Origin: the human T2T-CHM13v2.0 reference genome, Homo sapiens
DNA length: 64,000 nt
Direction: 5' to 3' (one strand)
Assembly (NCBI RefSeq): GCF_009914755.1
Contig: NC_060927.1
Part shown: positions 1 to 38,389 of the stretch, in pieces
Position numbering within the stretch: position 1 is the first letter of the stretch
How the letters are laid out: each line of letters opens with the position of its first letter
Notes under the pieces: model-generated
Databases searched by the model: none
What the model was told of the DNA's origin: nothing
The model's input: the letters and a program-made list of their open reading frames with translations, nothing else
Made by a program: the position numbers and the translations under genes

Positions 1-296
1 TTTGTGTTTATACTTGGCCAAAGAATGGCTTTTAGATAATTAAAGTATTGCAGATACAGTTAACGTTCCCTTCAACCACCCTCACCCCAAGTCCTACTTA
101 TTTTCCTTCCTCCCAATAGCATAAAAATGGTATAAACTGGGCACAGGTATGTGCCTGTAGTCCCAGCTACTCAGAAGGCTGAGGTGGAAGGACCCTTGAA
201 CTCAGGAGTTTAAGAGCAGCTTGGGCAACATAGCAAGACCCTGTCTCAAAAAAATTAAGTATATCGTTCTAGTCCATTTTAAAATATTATTTTTAA

Positions 297-602
<306 letters not shown>

Positions 603-789
603 TAAATATTATTTTTTAAAAAGTATGGCTTCCCTAGGCACACTGCTTTTAGAGTACCCCTGCTCCACAAGGAGCAGTTAAAAAATGTGTGTATACATTA
701 ACATATGTATGTGTATGTGTATACATGTGATATATATTCCAAACCATACATGCACCCTTAACATTTTTACATAAATAGTATTGTGTCTA

Positions 790-935
790 TTTGCTTGTGT
801 TCCTGTACAAGAATGTAAGATATGTGAAGCAGAGACTTTATCTTGCTTTGTCTGTTTTCTGCTGTACTGCTAGCTCCTAGAACAGCTCCTGACACATGGT
901 AAGCACCCAAGTATTTGTTGAATAAGTAAATATCA
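790..935 (+). mobile_element. L2 3' end fragment
   Basis: GAATGTAAG...GCAGAGACTTT...CCTAGAACAG..CCTGACACATGGTAAGCAC.CAA.TATTTGTTGAAT. Confidence 0.65.
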
Positions 936-1427
936 ATCCGTAACTTGCTTTTTAAATTTGATATTGTGTCTCTAAGATCTATCTGCGTGTGTGTGTGTGT
1001 GTGTATATATATATGTTCATTCTCATCAAGTTCATTACTTTATGCTGCTTTATATTATAAATAAACTATGTTCTATTTGTTCATTCACCTATTAGAGGAT
1101 ATTTACATTATTTTCACTCCTTTGCTATCATAAACCCTTACATGCAAATTTGCAAATTTTTTCAGGCCCATGCAGAATCATTTCTCTAGAGTATATATGC
1201 CCCAGAAGGTGAATGTTGAGCAATGAAGGGTGATATTTTAAATTTCACTGGTTGCTTGTCATATTACTCTCAAAAGTGGCCATAGCTAATTATACTCTCA
1301 GTAGCAGTGGATGAAGGCTTCATGTTTCTTACACCCTTGCCAGAACTTTATACTGTGAGATTTTAAAATTTGTTTGCCAATCTCATGGGTGAAACATGGT
1401 GTCTCTTTTTATTTAAATTTTTATTCA

Positions 1428-1716
1428 GGCTGGGCGCAGTGGCTCATGCCTGTAATCCCACCACTTTGGGAGGCCAAAGCGAGTGGATCACGAAGTCAGG
1501 AGATTGAGACCATCCTGGCCAACGTGGCGAAACCCCATCTCTACTAAAAATACAAAAAATTAGCTGGGCATGGTGGGGAGCACCTGTAGTCCCAGCTACT
1601 CAGGAGGCTGAGGCAGGAGAATCGCTTGAACCTGGGAGCGGAGGTTGCAGTGAGCCAAGATTGTGCCACTGCACTCCACCCTGAGCGAGACTCTGTCTCA
1701 AAAAAAAAAAAAAAAA
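1428..1716 (+). repeat. AluSc-like, full length
   Basis: GGCTGGGCGCAGTGG...A-tail; TSD AAATTTTTATTCAG / AAATTTTATTCAG. Confidence 0.9.
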
Positions 1717-2307
1717 ATTTTATTCAGATAACTGTAGATTTCATATGTAGTCGAAAGAAATAATACGGAGAACTTGCATACCGTTAACCCAGATCCTACT
1801 GATGATAATACTTTGCAAAAGTATAGTCACAACCAGAATATCAAAATTGGCACAGTCCACCAATTTTGTACAAGTTTCCCTAGTTTTACTCAGACTCATT
1901 TTATGTGTGTGTGAATGCATTTAATTATATATAATTTTATGTCATATGTAGGTCCATGTATCCACCTCCACACTCAAGATACAGAACAGTTAAAACACAA
2001 GGATCTTCCTGTCGTGCAAAATCTCAGCTCACTGCAACCTCCACCTGCTGGGTTCAAGCAATTCTTGTGCCTCAGCCTCCCAAGTAGCTGGGACTACAGG
2101 GATGCATCACCACACCTGGCTAATTTTTGTATTTTTAGTAAAGACGGGGTTTTACCATGTTGGCCAGGCTGGTCTGGAACTCCTGGCCTCAAGTGATCAG
2201 CCTGCCTCGACCTCCCAAAGTACTGGGATTACTGGTGTGAGCCACTGCACCTGGCCTCCCCCTTCTTTTTAACCTCTGTTCTTCATTTGCAAGATTTTAT
2301 CCTTTCA

Positions 2308-2938
<631 letters not shown>

Positions 2939-3105
2939 TCAAAAATGTTGTATTCAATATTGTGTGTGGAAACTTAAAAAGAAAAAAAATAAAAATTAAA
3001 CAAAATGTTGTATAAAAGGAACCATGTAGTATGTAACCGTTAGAGATTGGCTTTTTTCACTCAGCATATTCAGCATCCAAGTTGTTGCATGTATCAGTAA
3101 TCCAA

Positions 3106-3721
3106 GGCCGGGCACAGTGGCTCACACCTTTAATCCTAGCACTTTGGGAGGCCGAGGCAGGCGGATCACTGAGGCCAGGAGTTTGAGACTAGCCTGGACA
3201 ACATGGTGAAACCCTGTCTCTACTAAAAATACAAGAAGTAGGCCGGACGCGGTGGCTCACGCCTATAATCCCAGCACTTTGGGAGGCAGAGGCAGGTGGA
3301 TTACAGGGTCAGGAGTTCAAGACCAGGCTGGCCAAGATGGTGAAACCCCCGTCTCTACTAAAAATATAAAAATTAGCCGGGCGTGGTGGCACACTCCTAT
3401 AATCCCAGCTACTTGGGAAGCTAAGGCAAAGAACTGCTTAAACCTGGGAGGCGGAGGTTTCAGTGAGCTGAGATTGCACTACTGCACTCCAGCCTAGGTG
3501 ACAGAGCGAGACTCCATCTCAAAAAATATATATATACAAAAATTAGCTGGACGTGATGGTGCATGCCTATAGTCACAGCTACTTGGAAGGCTGAGGCAGG
3601 CGCATTGCTTGAACCTAGGAGGCAGAGGTTGCAGTGAGCCAAGACTGCACCAGTGCACTCTAGCCTGGGTGATAGAACGAGACTCCATCTCAAAAAAAAA
3701 ACCAAGAAAAACAAAAAAAAA
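3106..3721 (+). repeat. Nested Alu cluster
   Basis: Left arm, full Alu and right arm in the same orientation. Confidence 0.85.
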
Positions 3722-6700
3722 TCCCTTTTATTGTTGGTATTCTATGGTATGGATGGACCACAGTCTGTTCAACCATCACTCATTGAAGGACCTATGTTTA
3801 TTTCCAAGTTTAGGCTATTACAAATAAAGCTGCTGTTAACATTTATGTATAGGTTTTTTGTGCGAACATTAATTTCCATTTGGTGTCTCATTTTTTTCAA
3901 TTAGCGTTTCCCAGATTACCAGTGGGGTTGAATATCTCTTCATATATTTGTAGACTATTCAGGTTTCCTCTTTGCTATTTTGCTTATTTCTTCTGTTGGG
4001 TTGTCTTTTTCTTACTACTTTGTAAGGGTTCTTTTTTTTTTAAGACGGAGTTTTGTGCAATCTCGGCTCACTGCAACCTCCGCCTCCCGGGTTCAAGCGA
4101 TTCTCCTGCCTCAGCCTCCTGAGTATCTGGGATTACAGGCATGCACTACCATGCCCGGCTAATTTTGTATTTTTAGTGGAGACGGGGTTTCTCTATGTTG
4201 GTCAGGCTGGTCTTGAACTCCTGACCTGAGGTGATCCACCTGCCTCAGCCTCCCAAAGTGTTGGGATTACAGGCATGAGCCACCGCGCCCAGCCTAAAAG
4301 TTCTTTATATGTTCTGCATAGCAATCTTTTGTCAGTTATGTGAAACTTTGTGTTGACATTTTGGTGGTCATTGTTTCTCAACGTGCTGTAAAGTTTAGGA
4401 ATAGATGAATGATTTCTGAAACTTGAATTTGGATCACTGATGAAGTGACCAAGGGGTTTCATTTGGGGCTGCCCACCTTGTGGAGCTTTGGGCCTGCTGC
4501 ACCTTACATGTAGCAGTGTTTTCTTTGCATCCTTGCATGCCAGCGATACACTTTAATTGGTGGCACGTTAGGTTCTAGGCACACCATATCAAAACATCTA
4601 CCTGCTTGAGGGCAGATGTCATGAGCACAGATCCTTTGCCTCGTTTTTTTGGAACATTCAGATACATTTATTGCATTGTAAAACCAGCCGTGTTTTCTGG
4701 CATTTTGACCAGCCCTCGGAAACTGCTGACATCATGATGTACTCCTTGCCTGGTGTTTCCATTTTCCCCAGCACTGCAGCTAGAATTTAGAATCCTGACT
4801 CACCCTTCAGCCAGCCACAGAGCATGCTGATTATTCTGGTACAGTCAGTGCTCACGAAGTGACTTTGCAAGGGGAAATAGCTTTTGGACAAGTCAAAGCC
4901 AGTGCAATTTCAGATAATAGCCCAGCTTTTCTTTTCTAACGTTCTCATCTGCTCAGATGCTGCTGCTTTCTCCCCTGATGGGAAGTGGAAGCCATGATTC
5001 TGCAGTCCTGGCCATAAAGCTGTGAATTGTACTAGCTGGCACAGCCAGTACTGCCCTACTGAGTTCAGTGAACTGTCCTTCTGATCTACACTGAGAGAGC
5101 CTGGCTGTGGTGCAATGCTCACAGTGAAGCCGTCTGCATAGCTGAGCTAACAATTCAAACTTCAGCTCTCATTTCAATAAATTACCTTATAAAACACTCA
5201 CTGACCAAGATTACCTTGAGTAGCTTATTTATATGAATTTTGCAGTTACCCCAAATTAGCCATGGAGAAACTGATATACAATGTTTCTTATAATTTCCCC
5301 TCAAACCATAGCAAAAACATGAAGGGAAGTACTAGGATTTCTGGGAATATGGAATTTATATCTATGCCCCACAAACAATGTTAAAGAAAACGGGCTTTGG
5401 ATATTTTCAAAGGCCTGTGGTGAGGATTAAATAAGGCATAATATATGAAAATGTTTTGTGAATTCCAAAATGTTTTACCAAGATAAAAGATTTTTAAAAT
5501 CAGTTTCTGTCAGTTTCATACATCCAATCCTGAAATCAAGTCTACACTGATTTATTACATATAAGGAAATATTTTTGACGTGAATAGGCAATCATAGAAT
5601 TTCTATTGTATTCGAATAATGATTGAAAGTAATTTTCTTTTTGAGATTTTGACTTCCCCATTTGAGGTAATATTCTCAAGGGACTAAATGTTACTGATGT
5701 TGAAGATTTATCCCAAATGAGGTTTGCTTTGGGTGACAGAATTCAAAGCTAGCTCTGAACAAAACTGAAATGGTGGCTAATACGATCCTTTCTGTGCCTC
5801 CCTTTTCTTTCCTTTTGGATACTTCAAATACACAGCTAGTTTCCTTGGGACATCCTAGGGCAGTCAGGGTCATTTCCTTCTCTCTCCAAGACTGACCTGC
5901 CACAATCCATCAGGGACTATGATTTTGTTGTAAATATTTAGAAAGATGGTGCACAACAATAGATTTGGCAAAAACTGAGCTGATGGCATGCAAGTGTAGC
6001 CAAGTGTGGGAATCCATACTTGGAATAATCTAAAGGAATGTTTAACGGTGGTAAAAGAGAAGTGCAGGAGATGGGGCAGCATTTTCAGGGCCTCTCACCT
6101 AATGAAATATTGGCATCTTACAGGCTTGAGGGTCACTTGTCTGATGATTTGTGTGCTAATTCTGTTGGAAGAGAAGATTCTCAAGAAATACACTATTGCC
6201 ATTAAAAGTAAAACACAAGATTGTTTCCTCCCTTGAATATAGCAAGAACTCTGTAGAGTAATCAATGCTTTGGCCAGATATCCTTGAGAATTAATGTTTT
6301 TTAGATTGCAGGGAGAAGAAAAGAGGACAGAAACAAGTTTCTGTTTCATATTCCTTCTGTGTGGTGTTAGAGCAGAAGAACCCTAGGGAGTGCAGGGCTG
6401 GGGCCTGGGACATGTGAATGTCTGCACATTGGCAGTTCAGCAAGCTTTTCCTGTTGGCCTGCTATTCCCAGGAGACTGTCTATAGGGCTGCTTGGCAGCA
6501 GGTGAGGAAGGTGTGTATGTCTGAAAAATTCAGGATAGACAGACAACATCCCAAGTTTTGAACAACAATCCAACTGTGTGTGTGTGTGTGTGTATGCACC
6601 CGCATGTTCACAGCTGCACACAGCACCTTGCACTTCCTTTATTAATAGAAAACTGGAAGAATGATGCAGCAGGATTAAGCCCCAGGGTATTGACTGGGAC

Positions 6701-6863
6701 TCGGGGAGACCTAAGGCACAACTAAAGGGTGGAATTTTTCTTTAATTTCTGTCTCTTTTTTCACATCTCCCTTTCCCCTTCCTTCCTGTTACCTTTCCAG
6801 TACTCATAGGTTGTGGTCTCAGCTGAATAAGAACCAGTAAATAACTTCCCATTGAGAAGTTAG

Positions 6864-10122
<3,259 letters not shown>

Positions 10123-10769
10123 CTCACCTCCTTTTTGAATTTGGGACTTGTATCTTTACTTAAAATTTGGATAGATTAAACCGGGCATTTCCACACACTG
10201 TTCAAATACAACTCATTTAAACTACAATGTACTTTACCAAATATACAAACAAGCAAACAAAACCAGCTTATCATTTTAAAGTCTGTGTCAGCCACCACTC
10301 ATCTGTTAGTCCAGATTAGAAGCCTTGGAGTCATCTGTGGTCCTTCTCTCTACTTTGTCTCTCACCTGCAATTCCTTCCTTAAGCACCAAATGCCAGGTA
10401 TTAAGCTAAACACTGAGGATACAAAGCTTAGCCAGTGGTGGTGTGGGTGCTTGTACTCCCAGCTTACTTAGGAGGCCAAGGCAGGAGGATTGCTTGAGCC
10501 CAACAGGTCAAGTCTGCAGTGACCCATGATCGTGCCACTGCACTCCAGCCTGGACAACAGAGTGAAACCCTGTCTCTAAAAAGTAAAATATAAAAATAAA
10601 ACTAAAGTTGAAAAGACAGCCCAGGCCAGGCTCTGCAGCTGTTAATGTCTATGGGTAGAAGGCAACAAGTATTTACAAAACAGTATTTACCAAGTATTAT
10701 AACAGACATATACAAAATGCCACATGATCTTGTTTAATCCACACAATAATCTTGTGAAATAGTGTCTTT

Positions 10770-11935
10770 TTAATAACAGCTTTATTGAGATATAATTGAC
10801 ATACCATAAAAGCCACCCTTTTAAAATGTACAATTCAGTAGGTTTTAGTACATTCATAGTGCCATGACATCAAATTAGTTGTTATCACTAATTCCAGAAC
10901 ATTGGGTTTTTTAAAAATTTTGATAGAGATGAAGTTTCACTGTGTTGCTCAGGCTGGTCTCAAACTCCTGAGTAAAGTGATGCAAAGTGCCTTGGCCTCC
11001 CAAAGTGCTGAGATTACAGGTGTGAGCCATGGTGGCCAGCCCAGAACATTGTTTTGAGCAGTTTTAAGTTCATAGCAAAATTGAGCAGAAAGTACAGAGT
11101 TCCCATTCATTCCCTGCCCCCACACATGCATAAACAAGGATCAGCATCTCCACTAGAGTGATAGATTTGTTACAATCAATGAACTTTCACTGATTCATCA
11201 TTACCCCCCAAAGTTCATAATTTACATTAGGGTTCACTCTTGGTGCCATACATTATATGGGTTTGGACAAAAGTATAACGATATGTATCCACTTTTGTAG
11301 TATTATACAGAGTGGTTGTCACTGCCCCCAAAATCTCTGTGCTCTGCCTATTCATCACTCTCTCCTAATCCTTGGCAACCTGGACTTCTCCGTATTTTTG
11401 CTTTTCCAGACTGTTATGTACAGTATTTGGAATCACACAGTATGTAGCCTTTTCAGATTGGCATCTTTCACTTAGTGATATGCGTTTATGGGTCCTCCAT
11501 GTCTTTTCATGTCTTGATAGTTCATTTTTTAGTGCTGAATGCTATTCCATTGTCTGAATGTACTACAGTTTATCCATTCACATGCTGAAGGACATCTTGG
11601 TGGCTTCCAAGTTTTGACAATCATGAATAAAGCTGGTATAAGCATCTGTGTGCAGGTTTTTTGTGGACATATTTTCAGTTCATTTGGTTAAATAACCACA
11701 AAGCAAATTGCTGGTTCATATGGTAGGAGTATATTTAATTTTTGTAAGAAACTGCCAAATTGTCTTCCAAAGTGTCTGTACCATTTGCCCTTCCCCTGAG
11801 CAATGAATGAGAGTTCCTGTTGCTCAACATCCTTGTCAGCATTTGATATTGTCAGTGTTTTAGATTTTGGCCATTCTAATAGATGTGTAATAGTATCTCA
11901 TTTTTGTTTTAATTTGCAATTCCCTAAGGGCATAT
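10770..11935 (-). mobile_element. Old L1M (L1MB/MC/MD-like) 3' fragments
   Basis: ACAGCTTTATTGAGATATAATT.ACATACCATA..., GCAAAATTGAGCAGAAAGTACAGAGTTCCC, GAAACTGCCAAA..GTCTTCCAAAGTG...GCAATGAATGAGAGTTCCTGTTGCTC. Confidence 0.75.
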
Positions 11936-12629
<694 letters not shown>

Positions 12630-12984
12630 TAAGTTTCCATTTCTCTCCAGCAATAACTAATCTTTTCATTCATTATGTCTGTTGTAACCTTTAACATATT
12701 GATAATAGTTGCTTTATATTTAAATTTTTGTTAATTTATTTAGAGATGGGATCTTGCTCTGTTGCCCAGGCTGGAATGCAGTGGTACAGTCATGGCTCAC
12801 TACAGCCCTAAACTCCAGGAGTCAGGTAATCTTCCTGCCTCAGCCTCCTGAGTAGTTGGGACTACAGGCAGGAGCCACTGTGCCCAGAGTGTCCTCATAC
12901 CTTAAATGCACAATTTCTGTTGCTTACAGTCCAATAACCATTACTGAGTGCTATAGAAATACCAAAAAAACATACATTTTGAAA

Positions 12985-13180
12985 ACAGTCAGAACAGGGT
13001 TTGAATCAGGACTTTATCTTGGAGCAAGTTCTTCAACCTCTGTGAGCTCAGTTTTCTTGTCTCCAAAACATAGATCATCTTCACATGACTTTGTGAGGCT
13101 TAAATGAAATGAGATTGCATATGTAAAAGTGCCCAGCTCAAGCCTAGTATTTACTGGCCACTGAATAATTATTAGTTTCA
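12985..13180 (+). mobile_element. MIR fragment
   Basis: GGGTTTGAATC...CAAGT..TTCAACCTCTGTGAGCTCAGTTTTCT..TCT..AAAA...TTGTGAGG.TTAAATGA. Confidence 0.6.
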
Positions 13181-13570
13181 TTCCCCCTGTACCTATATTA
13201 TACAAAAAACAAAAGAGGCATTAAAATAGACATCATATTTCTTCATGTGAAAAGCTGTTTTATACGGTTTTATACACAGTTTGAATAGGTAGGAATAATA
13301 TACAAATTCTGATCAAAATCATAAAATAAAGCTAGGAAATTTTAATTAGTTGAAACTTTAGAAAAACTAAGTAAATAAACTAAATAACTGAATAAATTTA
13401 GAATTAAAAAGTAGATATTACCCGAATTTTGGTATGTAAATGAATGTAAAAAACATATAGCCAAAATCACATTAGCAAAAATTCTGTTTCTGCATCAGCC
13501 CTGAACCTGCATTTGCTTATAAGTAACATGGTAATTTAACAGGATTCATTTAATTCTTGGCTCCTACTAA

Positions 13571-13948
<378 letters not shown>

Positions 13949-14932
13949 TAATTTCTGTATTTTTTGTAAAGATAGGGTCTCCCTATGTTGCCCAGGCTGG
14001 TCTCGAACTCCTGGCTTCAAGCAATCCACCCACCTTGGCCTCCCAAAATGCTGGGATGATAGGTGTGAGCCACTGTGCCCAGCCTTATGGAGTTTACTTT
14101 ACCAGGGCTGTGTTTAGAGAGAGCTTTGCCAAAACATAAACACACAAACACTGCCAACGGGAGAATGCCACGTAGTGAGGTAAGCAAACAATGGCAACAA
14201 CAAAGTTCTCCCGCTCTCAGCCAAGAAAAGCCCAACTCTATGCCTTAGCAGAATGACCAAGTAACACTGTCCTGGACCTTCAGGGTCACCAGAGAACAGG
14301 CCAAACTAAGACTGCTTCAGCCTACAAATGACAAGAGCCTACCATACAAGCAGAGTATTCTATGACACCAGGACACGCTAAAGCCATGTGGGCCTCTGTG
14401 GTCTAGGTTTGCCTCTCCCTGCAGCCACACGGGCTGTGGAGAGTTTTTGGGAGTTTCCTGCCTTCATGCCCTGCACATACTCTGCCTGGACCACTCTTGT
14501 GCTTGCCGTTCCTGCCAACTCCCAGGTGAACCACGCATCCTTGGGTCACAGTCTTTGCAGGCAGTGACCCACACACCCTCAGGAGGAGATGCCCTGGCAG
14601 AGCCCCGCCCCCACTCCATCAGGTATGCTATGTACTGGGCTGAAAGGTTCTACAGAAACACATGGGGGCTTCCCCACCAGGATGGCTGCTCCTAGGACAG
14701 GACTGGGTCACAAGTATTTTCTGTCTCCCTAGTGCTGGCCTAGAGTAGGTGCTTACAGCCATTTGTTAAATTGAAAGGGACAAGTGTACAAAGGCAGGCT
14801 GAGCCTGTCATCAGCCTGGCCACATTGTGTACGTGGCAGAATGATGGCCCTGGATACTGACCCCCTGCGCCCACTGCATCTGACACCGAGTCTGACTTAG
14901 AACTTTAATCTGGAAGGATTTTTTTTTTTTAA

Positions 14933-15202
<270 letters not shown>

Positions 15203-15559
15203 TGAGCCTCCCTAAGTGCTAGGATTACAGACGTGAGCCACTGTGCCCTGCCCACCTCACTACATTTTAAGTTGATTTTTTTAAAAGGGTCAGTGTTCAT
15301 TAAAGGAAGACTAAACAGATTTCTGGTTGTTTTTGTTGTTGCTGTTTTAGAGACAGGGTCTCCCTCTGTTGCCCAGGCTGGAGTGCAGTGGCACAATCCT
15401 AGCTCACTGAAACCTTGAACTCTTGGGTTCAAGCGATTCTCCCATCTCAGCTTCCCAAGTGGCTAGGACTACAGGTATATACCACCATGCTTGGCTAGCA
15501 GATTTCTGTTTTACAAGCCAAGGCCTTCTGCAGCTTTGGAGTGGATTCTCTATCTGAAT

Positions 15560-15861
15560 GTTTTATTGTGGTAAAATATACATAATGGCCGGGCGCGGTG
15601 GCTCACGCTTGTAATCCCAGCACTTTAGGAGGCTGAGGTGGGCGGATCACGAGGTCAGGAGATCGAGACCAAGGTGAAACCCCGTCTCTACTGAAAATAC
15701 AAAAAAATTAGCCGGGCGTGGTGGCAGGCACCTGTAGTCCCAGCTACTCGGAGAGGCTGAGGCAGGAGAACGGCGTGAACCCGCGAGGCGGAGCTTGCAG
15801 TGAGCAGAGATGGCGCCAATGCACTCCAGCCTGGGCGACAGAGTGAGACTCCATCTCAAAA

Positions 15862-15895
<34 letters not shown>

Positions 15896-16235
15896 TACAC
15901 ATAACATAAAATTTACCACTTTAAGTGAAGAGTCCGGTGGCACTAAGTACATTCACATTGTTGGGCAACCGTCACCACCATCCATCTCAGAACTTTTTTG
16001 TCTTCCTCAACTGAAACTCTGTCCCCATGAAACACTAACTCCCCATTTTCCCTTCCCCCACCCCCTAGCAACTGTCATTCTGCCTTCTGTCTTTATGAAT
16101 TTGACTACTCTAGGGCCCTCATGTAAGTAGAACCATACAGTATTTTCCTTTTGTGACTGGCTTATTCACTTAGCATGATGTCCTCAAGGTTCACCCATGT
16201 TGTAGCTCATGCTCAGAATTTATTTCCTTTTTAAG
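15560..16235 (-). mobile_element. L1MB-like 3' end interrupted by an AluY
   Basis: TTATTGTGGTAAAATATACATAACATAAAATTTACCA...CTTCTGTCTTTATGAATTTGACTACTCTAGG...TGACTGGCTTATTCACTTAGCAT. Confidence 0.75.
15587..15879 (+). repeat. AluY of the Yd lineage (12-bp left-arm deletion)
   Basis: AluY diagnostics (GAGATCGAGACC, GGCGTGAACCC, GGAGCTTGCAGT). It reads GAGACCAAGGTGAAAC, lacking about 12 nt of ATCCTGGCTAAC, and has an extra base in CTCGGAGAGGCTG. Confidence 0.7.
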
Positions 16236-16771
16236 TCTCTAGTTGAATTCTTATCCCTTCATTTCGCTTCAAATTAAAACAACACAAGTCAGCCCTGATT
16301 TTGCAAACAAATGTGCCAAAGTGACATAAAGGCACGATGCAGCCTGAGAGGCCTGTCCACGCTGGCTGCCAGCCACTGTCTCCAGAGGCTGCCTTTGCAA
16401 GGATGGTCACTTGGATAAGGGGCTTGAAGCTCTCCCTATTGATGGTGGCTGAGAAGTAGCAGAACGTTAAGTTTTCTTTGCCAAAACAGAATCTAAATTG
16501 TGCTGAATCAGAGCAACTATAAACATTGTTTGCTTTTAAATATTTTACTTTATCCAGCAGGCTTTCAGATAATCAGCTTGTGTTCTGGAACTGTCTTTCT
16601 GAGAAATAAACACAAATGAGTTGGCAGAGTCCACGTACAAAATATCTCAGGCTGTCCCAGCCTAGGACAAGCCAAGTAAATATAAATCATGGATTTTATA
16701 GCATTATATAAATCTTTATAAAAGGAATGCATTAATTGATTCAAGGACATTTGTAGTCTATATGAAACTAG

Positions 16772-18112
<1,341 letters not shown>

Positions 18113-18224
18113 CTCCTATATAGATATATTTCATATAATATTTTCTAAGTACAGTAATTTTATCACCTCTTCTAGTCATCAGTTAATCAAACCGAAGTCA
18201 AAGAAATAACTGCTGGTGTCTCTA

Positions 18225-20525
<2,301 letters not shown>

Positions 20526-20949
20526 CAAACCAACCAGCCCTTCAGTGGCTCTGTAGCTTTGCAGAATGAAAACTCCACAGCCCCATGACTGGCAGGGAGG
20601 CCCCATGCTGGCTCCACTCGGCCTCTGCAGCCCTCTCTTCCCACCAGTTGCCTCCTCGGATCCTTCCGGTGCAGCTTCTAGGCTGCTCTTGGCCTGAGTC
20701 CAAAGCCGACTGGCCCTGCTCCATGAAGTCTTCCCAGGTTCCCGTTCTAAGAGCCTTTCTCCCTCTTGTGAATAACCAGGCACTCCTGCACCACCCACTA
20801 CCCCACCCTGACCCTCCTAACCCTCAGCTCTGAGTCACCTGGGCTTGCCCAGGGCTTTCTGCTCAGTCATCATAAGGACCAGGAGAGGAAGCCAAGCAGG
20901 TGGAGGCAGGGCTGGCCATGACCAGGCCTTAGGACTAGAGTTGCATTAG

Positions 20950-26820
<5,871 letters not shown>

Positions 26821-26834
26821 TGACTTATAAAGTT

Positions 26835-27184
26835 CTTTTTTTTAAATCCAAAATATGTTCACTTAGTTTGTGTCCCATGCACCTCAACTTGGGGCTCTTC
26901 CAGTGCTGCTTCCATCTGAAGGAGCGTCCTTCCAGGAGCCTCACTTTCCCTCCTGTGGGCTGGCAGACAACAGTGGAGCAGCCAACACACAAAACTACAA
27001 CTGGTGCATGGCCAGAGGCCGTAGTGGCTTTCCAGCATCCTGGCGTTTCACATCTATGAGGGAGGAATTGGGACTCTGCGCTAAGGACTTCTTGTGTTTC
27101 CTTACCTCTTTTTCTGCAGAAGGATGAGGGAGCTCCTCTTTGAGAGTCATTTTCTCCTGGGGAGGGCGTCAGTGCCAGAAAGTT
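26835..27184 (-). pseudogene. Processed pseudogene of ribosomal protein S27 (RPS27/eS27)
   Basis: The minus strand gives a TOP-like 5' end (CTTTCTGG), an ATG (CAT at 27148-27150) and decayed [42 protein letters not shown] coding sequence. It is intronless, with indels and a lost stop codon, a 3'UTR, an A-tail remnant and flanking TSD TGACTT(A/G)TAAAGTT. Confidence 0.92.
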
Positions 27185-27187
27185 TGA

Positions 27188-27507
<320 letters not shown>

Positions 27508-27669
27508 TGACTTGTAAAGTTTTTAAGGGACAAATCAGTCCTGAATAGCCGCAGACACCACAGTGGCCAAAAATTGTTTCAAAACCTGATGTTTCTCTGA
27601 GATACAGAGACATCCTTTTCTTCCATCCCAGCTGCCTCTGCTAGGAACCCAGTTTCTTTTCTACCCTGA

Positions 27670-28600
<931 letters not shown>

Positions 28601-29097
28601 GGTTTCACCATGTTGGCCAGGCTGGTCTCGAACTCCTGACAGGTGATCCACCTGCCTTGGCCTCCCAAAGTGTTGAGATTACAGGTGTGAGCCACCGCAC
28701 CTGCCCTAATTTTTGCGTTTTTTATTAGAGACGGGATTTCGCCATGTTGGCCAGGCGGGTCTTGAACTCCTGACCTCAGGCAATCCACCCGCCTTGGCCT
28801 CCCAAAGTGCTGGGATTACAGGCGTGAGCGACCGTGCCCAGCCAGCAGTGGGTTCCAAGCACACTTGGGGTTGATGTGGTCAACCCTTGAAACTCTAGGT
28901 CTATTATAAATGTCATTTTATACTGAACTATGAAATCTTTGCTGATGTTAGGCTGGTATTTCTTTACATTACTGTCTTTAAATTACATGTCTATTCAAAA
29001 CCCAGGGCCTTACTCCTGGGAAATTATTGAAAGTAATTAATTGAATAAGTAGAAAAAGGCATGTGCACAAAGATGTTTCAATTAAAAATGAAAAATA

Positions 29098-37349
<8,252 letters not shown>

Positions 37350-38389
37350 TAGTAAAGAATGTGCTTCATGAATACCCTACTCTTCCCACCTGTAGCTCTG
37401 GCTACAGGGGGTCCTTCCTGCCCTGGAAGGTTTTCACAGGACATTCTGTGCATTCTATGACCGAGTGAAGCCCACAGCTCTCCTTCTTTTCCTCCAGCCC
37501 TCTTGCTCCATTTCCATTCCCAACAGACTGTTTTTCTTTATCAGAGTCCCTAAATTTCCTCACCCATAAAACTGAGATGGTGGTGTCTGCTTGCAGGGCA
37601 GTTCTCATACAGGACTGTGTGGGATGGCAATGGTGGATGTGCCTGGCACGGTGTCAGGCACAGTGGAAAAGGCCCTAAGTGAATGTTGCGTGATAATTTC
37701 CTAGGAGTCCTCACTCTTGTGGACACTGCATTCCCAGGCTCCCTTGCCAATTGTCTTAGGCCGGGGCCAGCCGCTGGGAGATGCATGTGGGAGACTGGTG
37801 GCTTGGGGGAGGGAGAAACCAGGGTATTTCTCCCTTTCTCCCTCTGCCTGGGGTGGGACGGCAACTAATTCTCCTCTGAATACTGGTTCCCAGTAGGACA
37901 GCCCCTCTCTCTGTGGCTGCAGTGCCCACCAGGTGGCCCTCATCACGACCTTGGTTCCCACAGATGGCTCCAGCTGCTGGGCTCCACTTCCACCTCTACC
38001 CTAGAGGCAAGAGAGGCTTCCTGTCCTTCCTGTTGCTGATCTCCCAGTTCCCTCCCCACTTCCTGCTTGGTTTCCCAGCTCTTCCATTCCTGTGTAATAA
38101 GTCCTTGTACTGAATTCTGTCTGCTTCTGCCTGGGCTGTGGCTGATACACACGGTAATTGTTCAGACTAAGCTATGCAGTAAAGAGGTGACTCAGCAGGC
38201 TTGCGACGCTCAAACCCTGCACATCCCAAAGACCGGCTCCTGGAAGATAACCTATAAACAGTTGAAATATCCTGCCTGATGGAGTGGCTTTGCATACCTG
38301 GGGCCTTGGGCCCTGCCAGATACTTGTGCTAAAAATGTGCTTCGGGGTGAATGTCCGTTTCTGTTTGCTTCGGGTCTTGGGCCACACTG

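Noticed and set aside
4956-5060. WD40-like words AFSPDGKW and GHKAVNCTSWH in one frame
   Set aside because: They are separated by a stop and only about 7 residues, against about 30 in real WD repeats. No further repeats or exons were found. A BLASTX hit would be needed to revive this.
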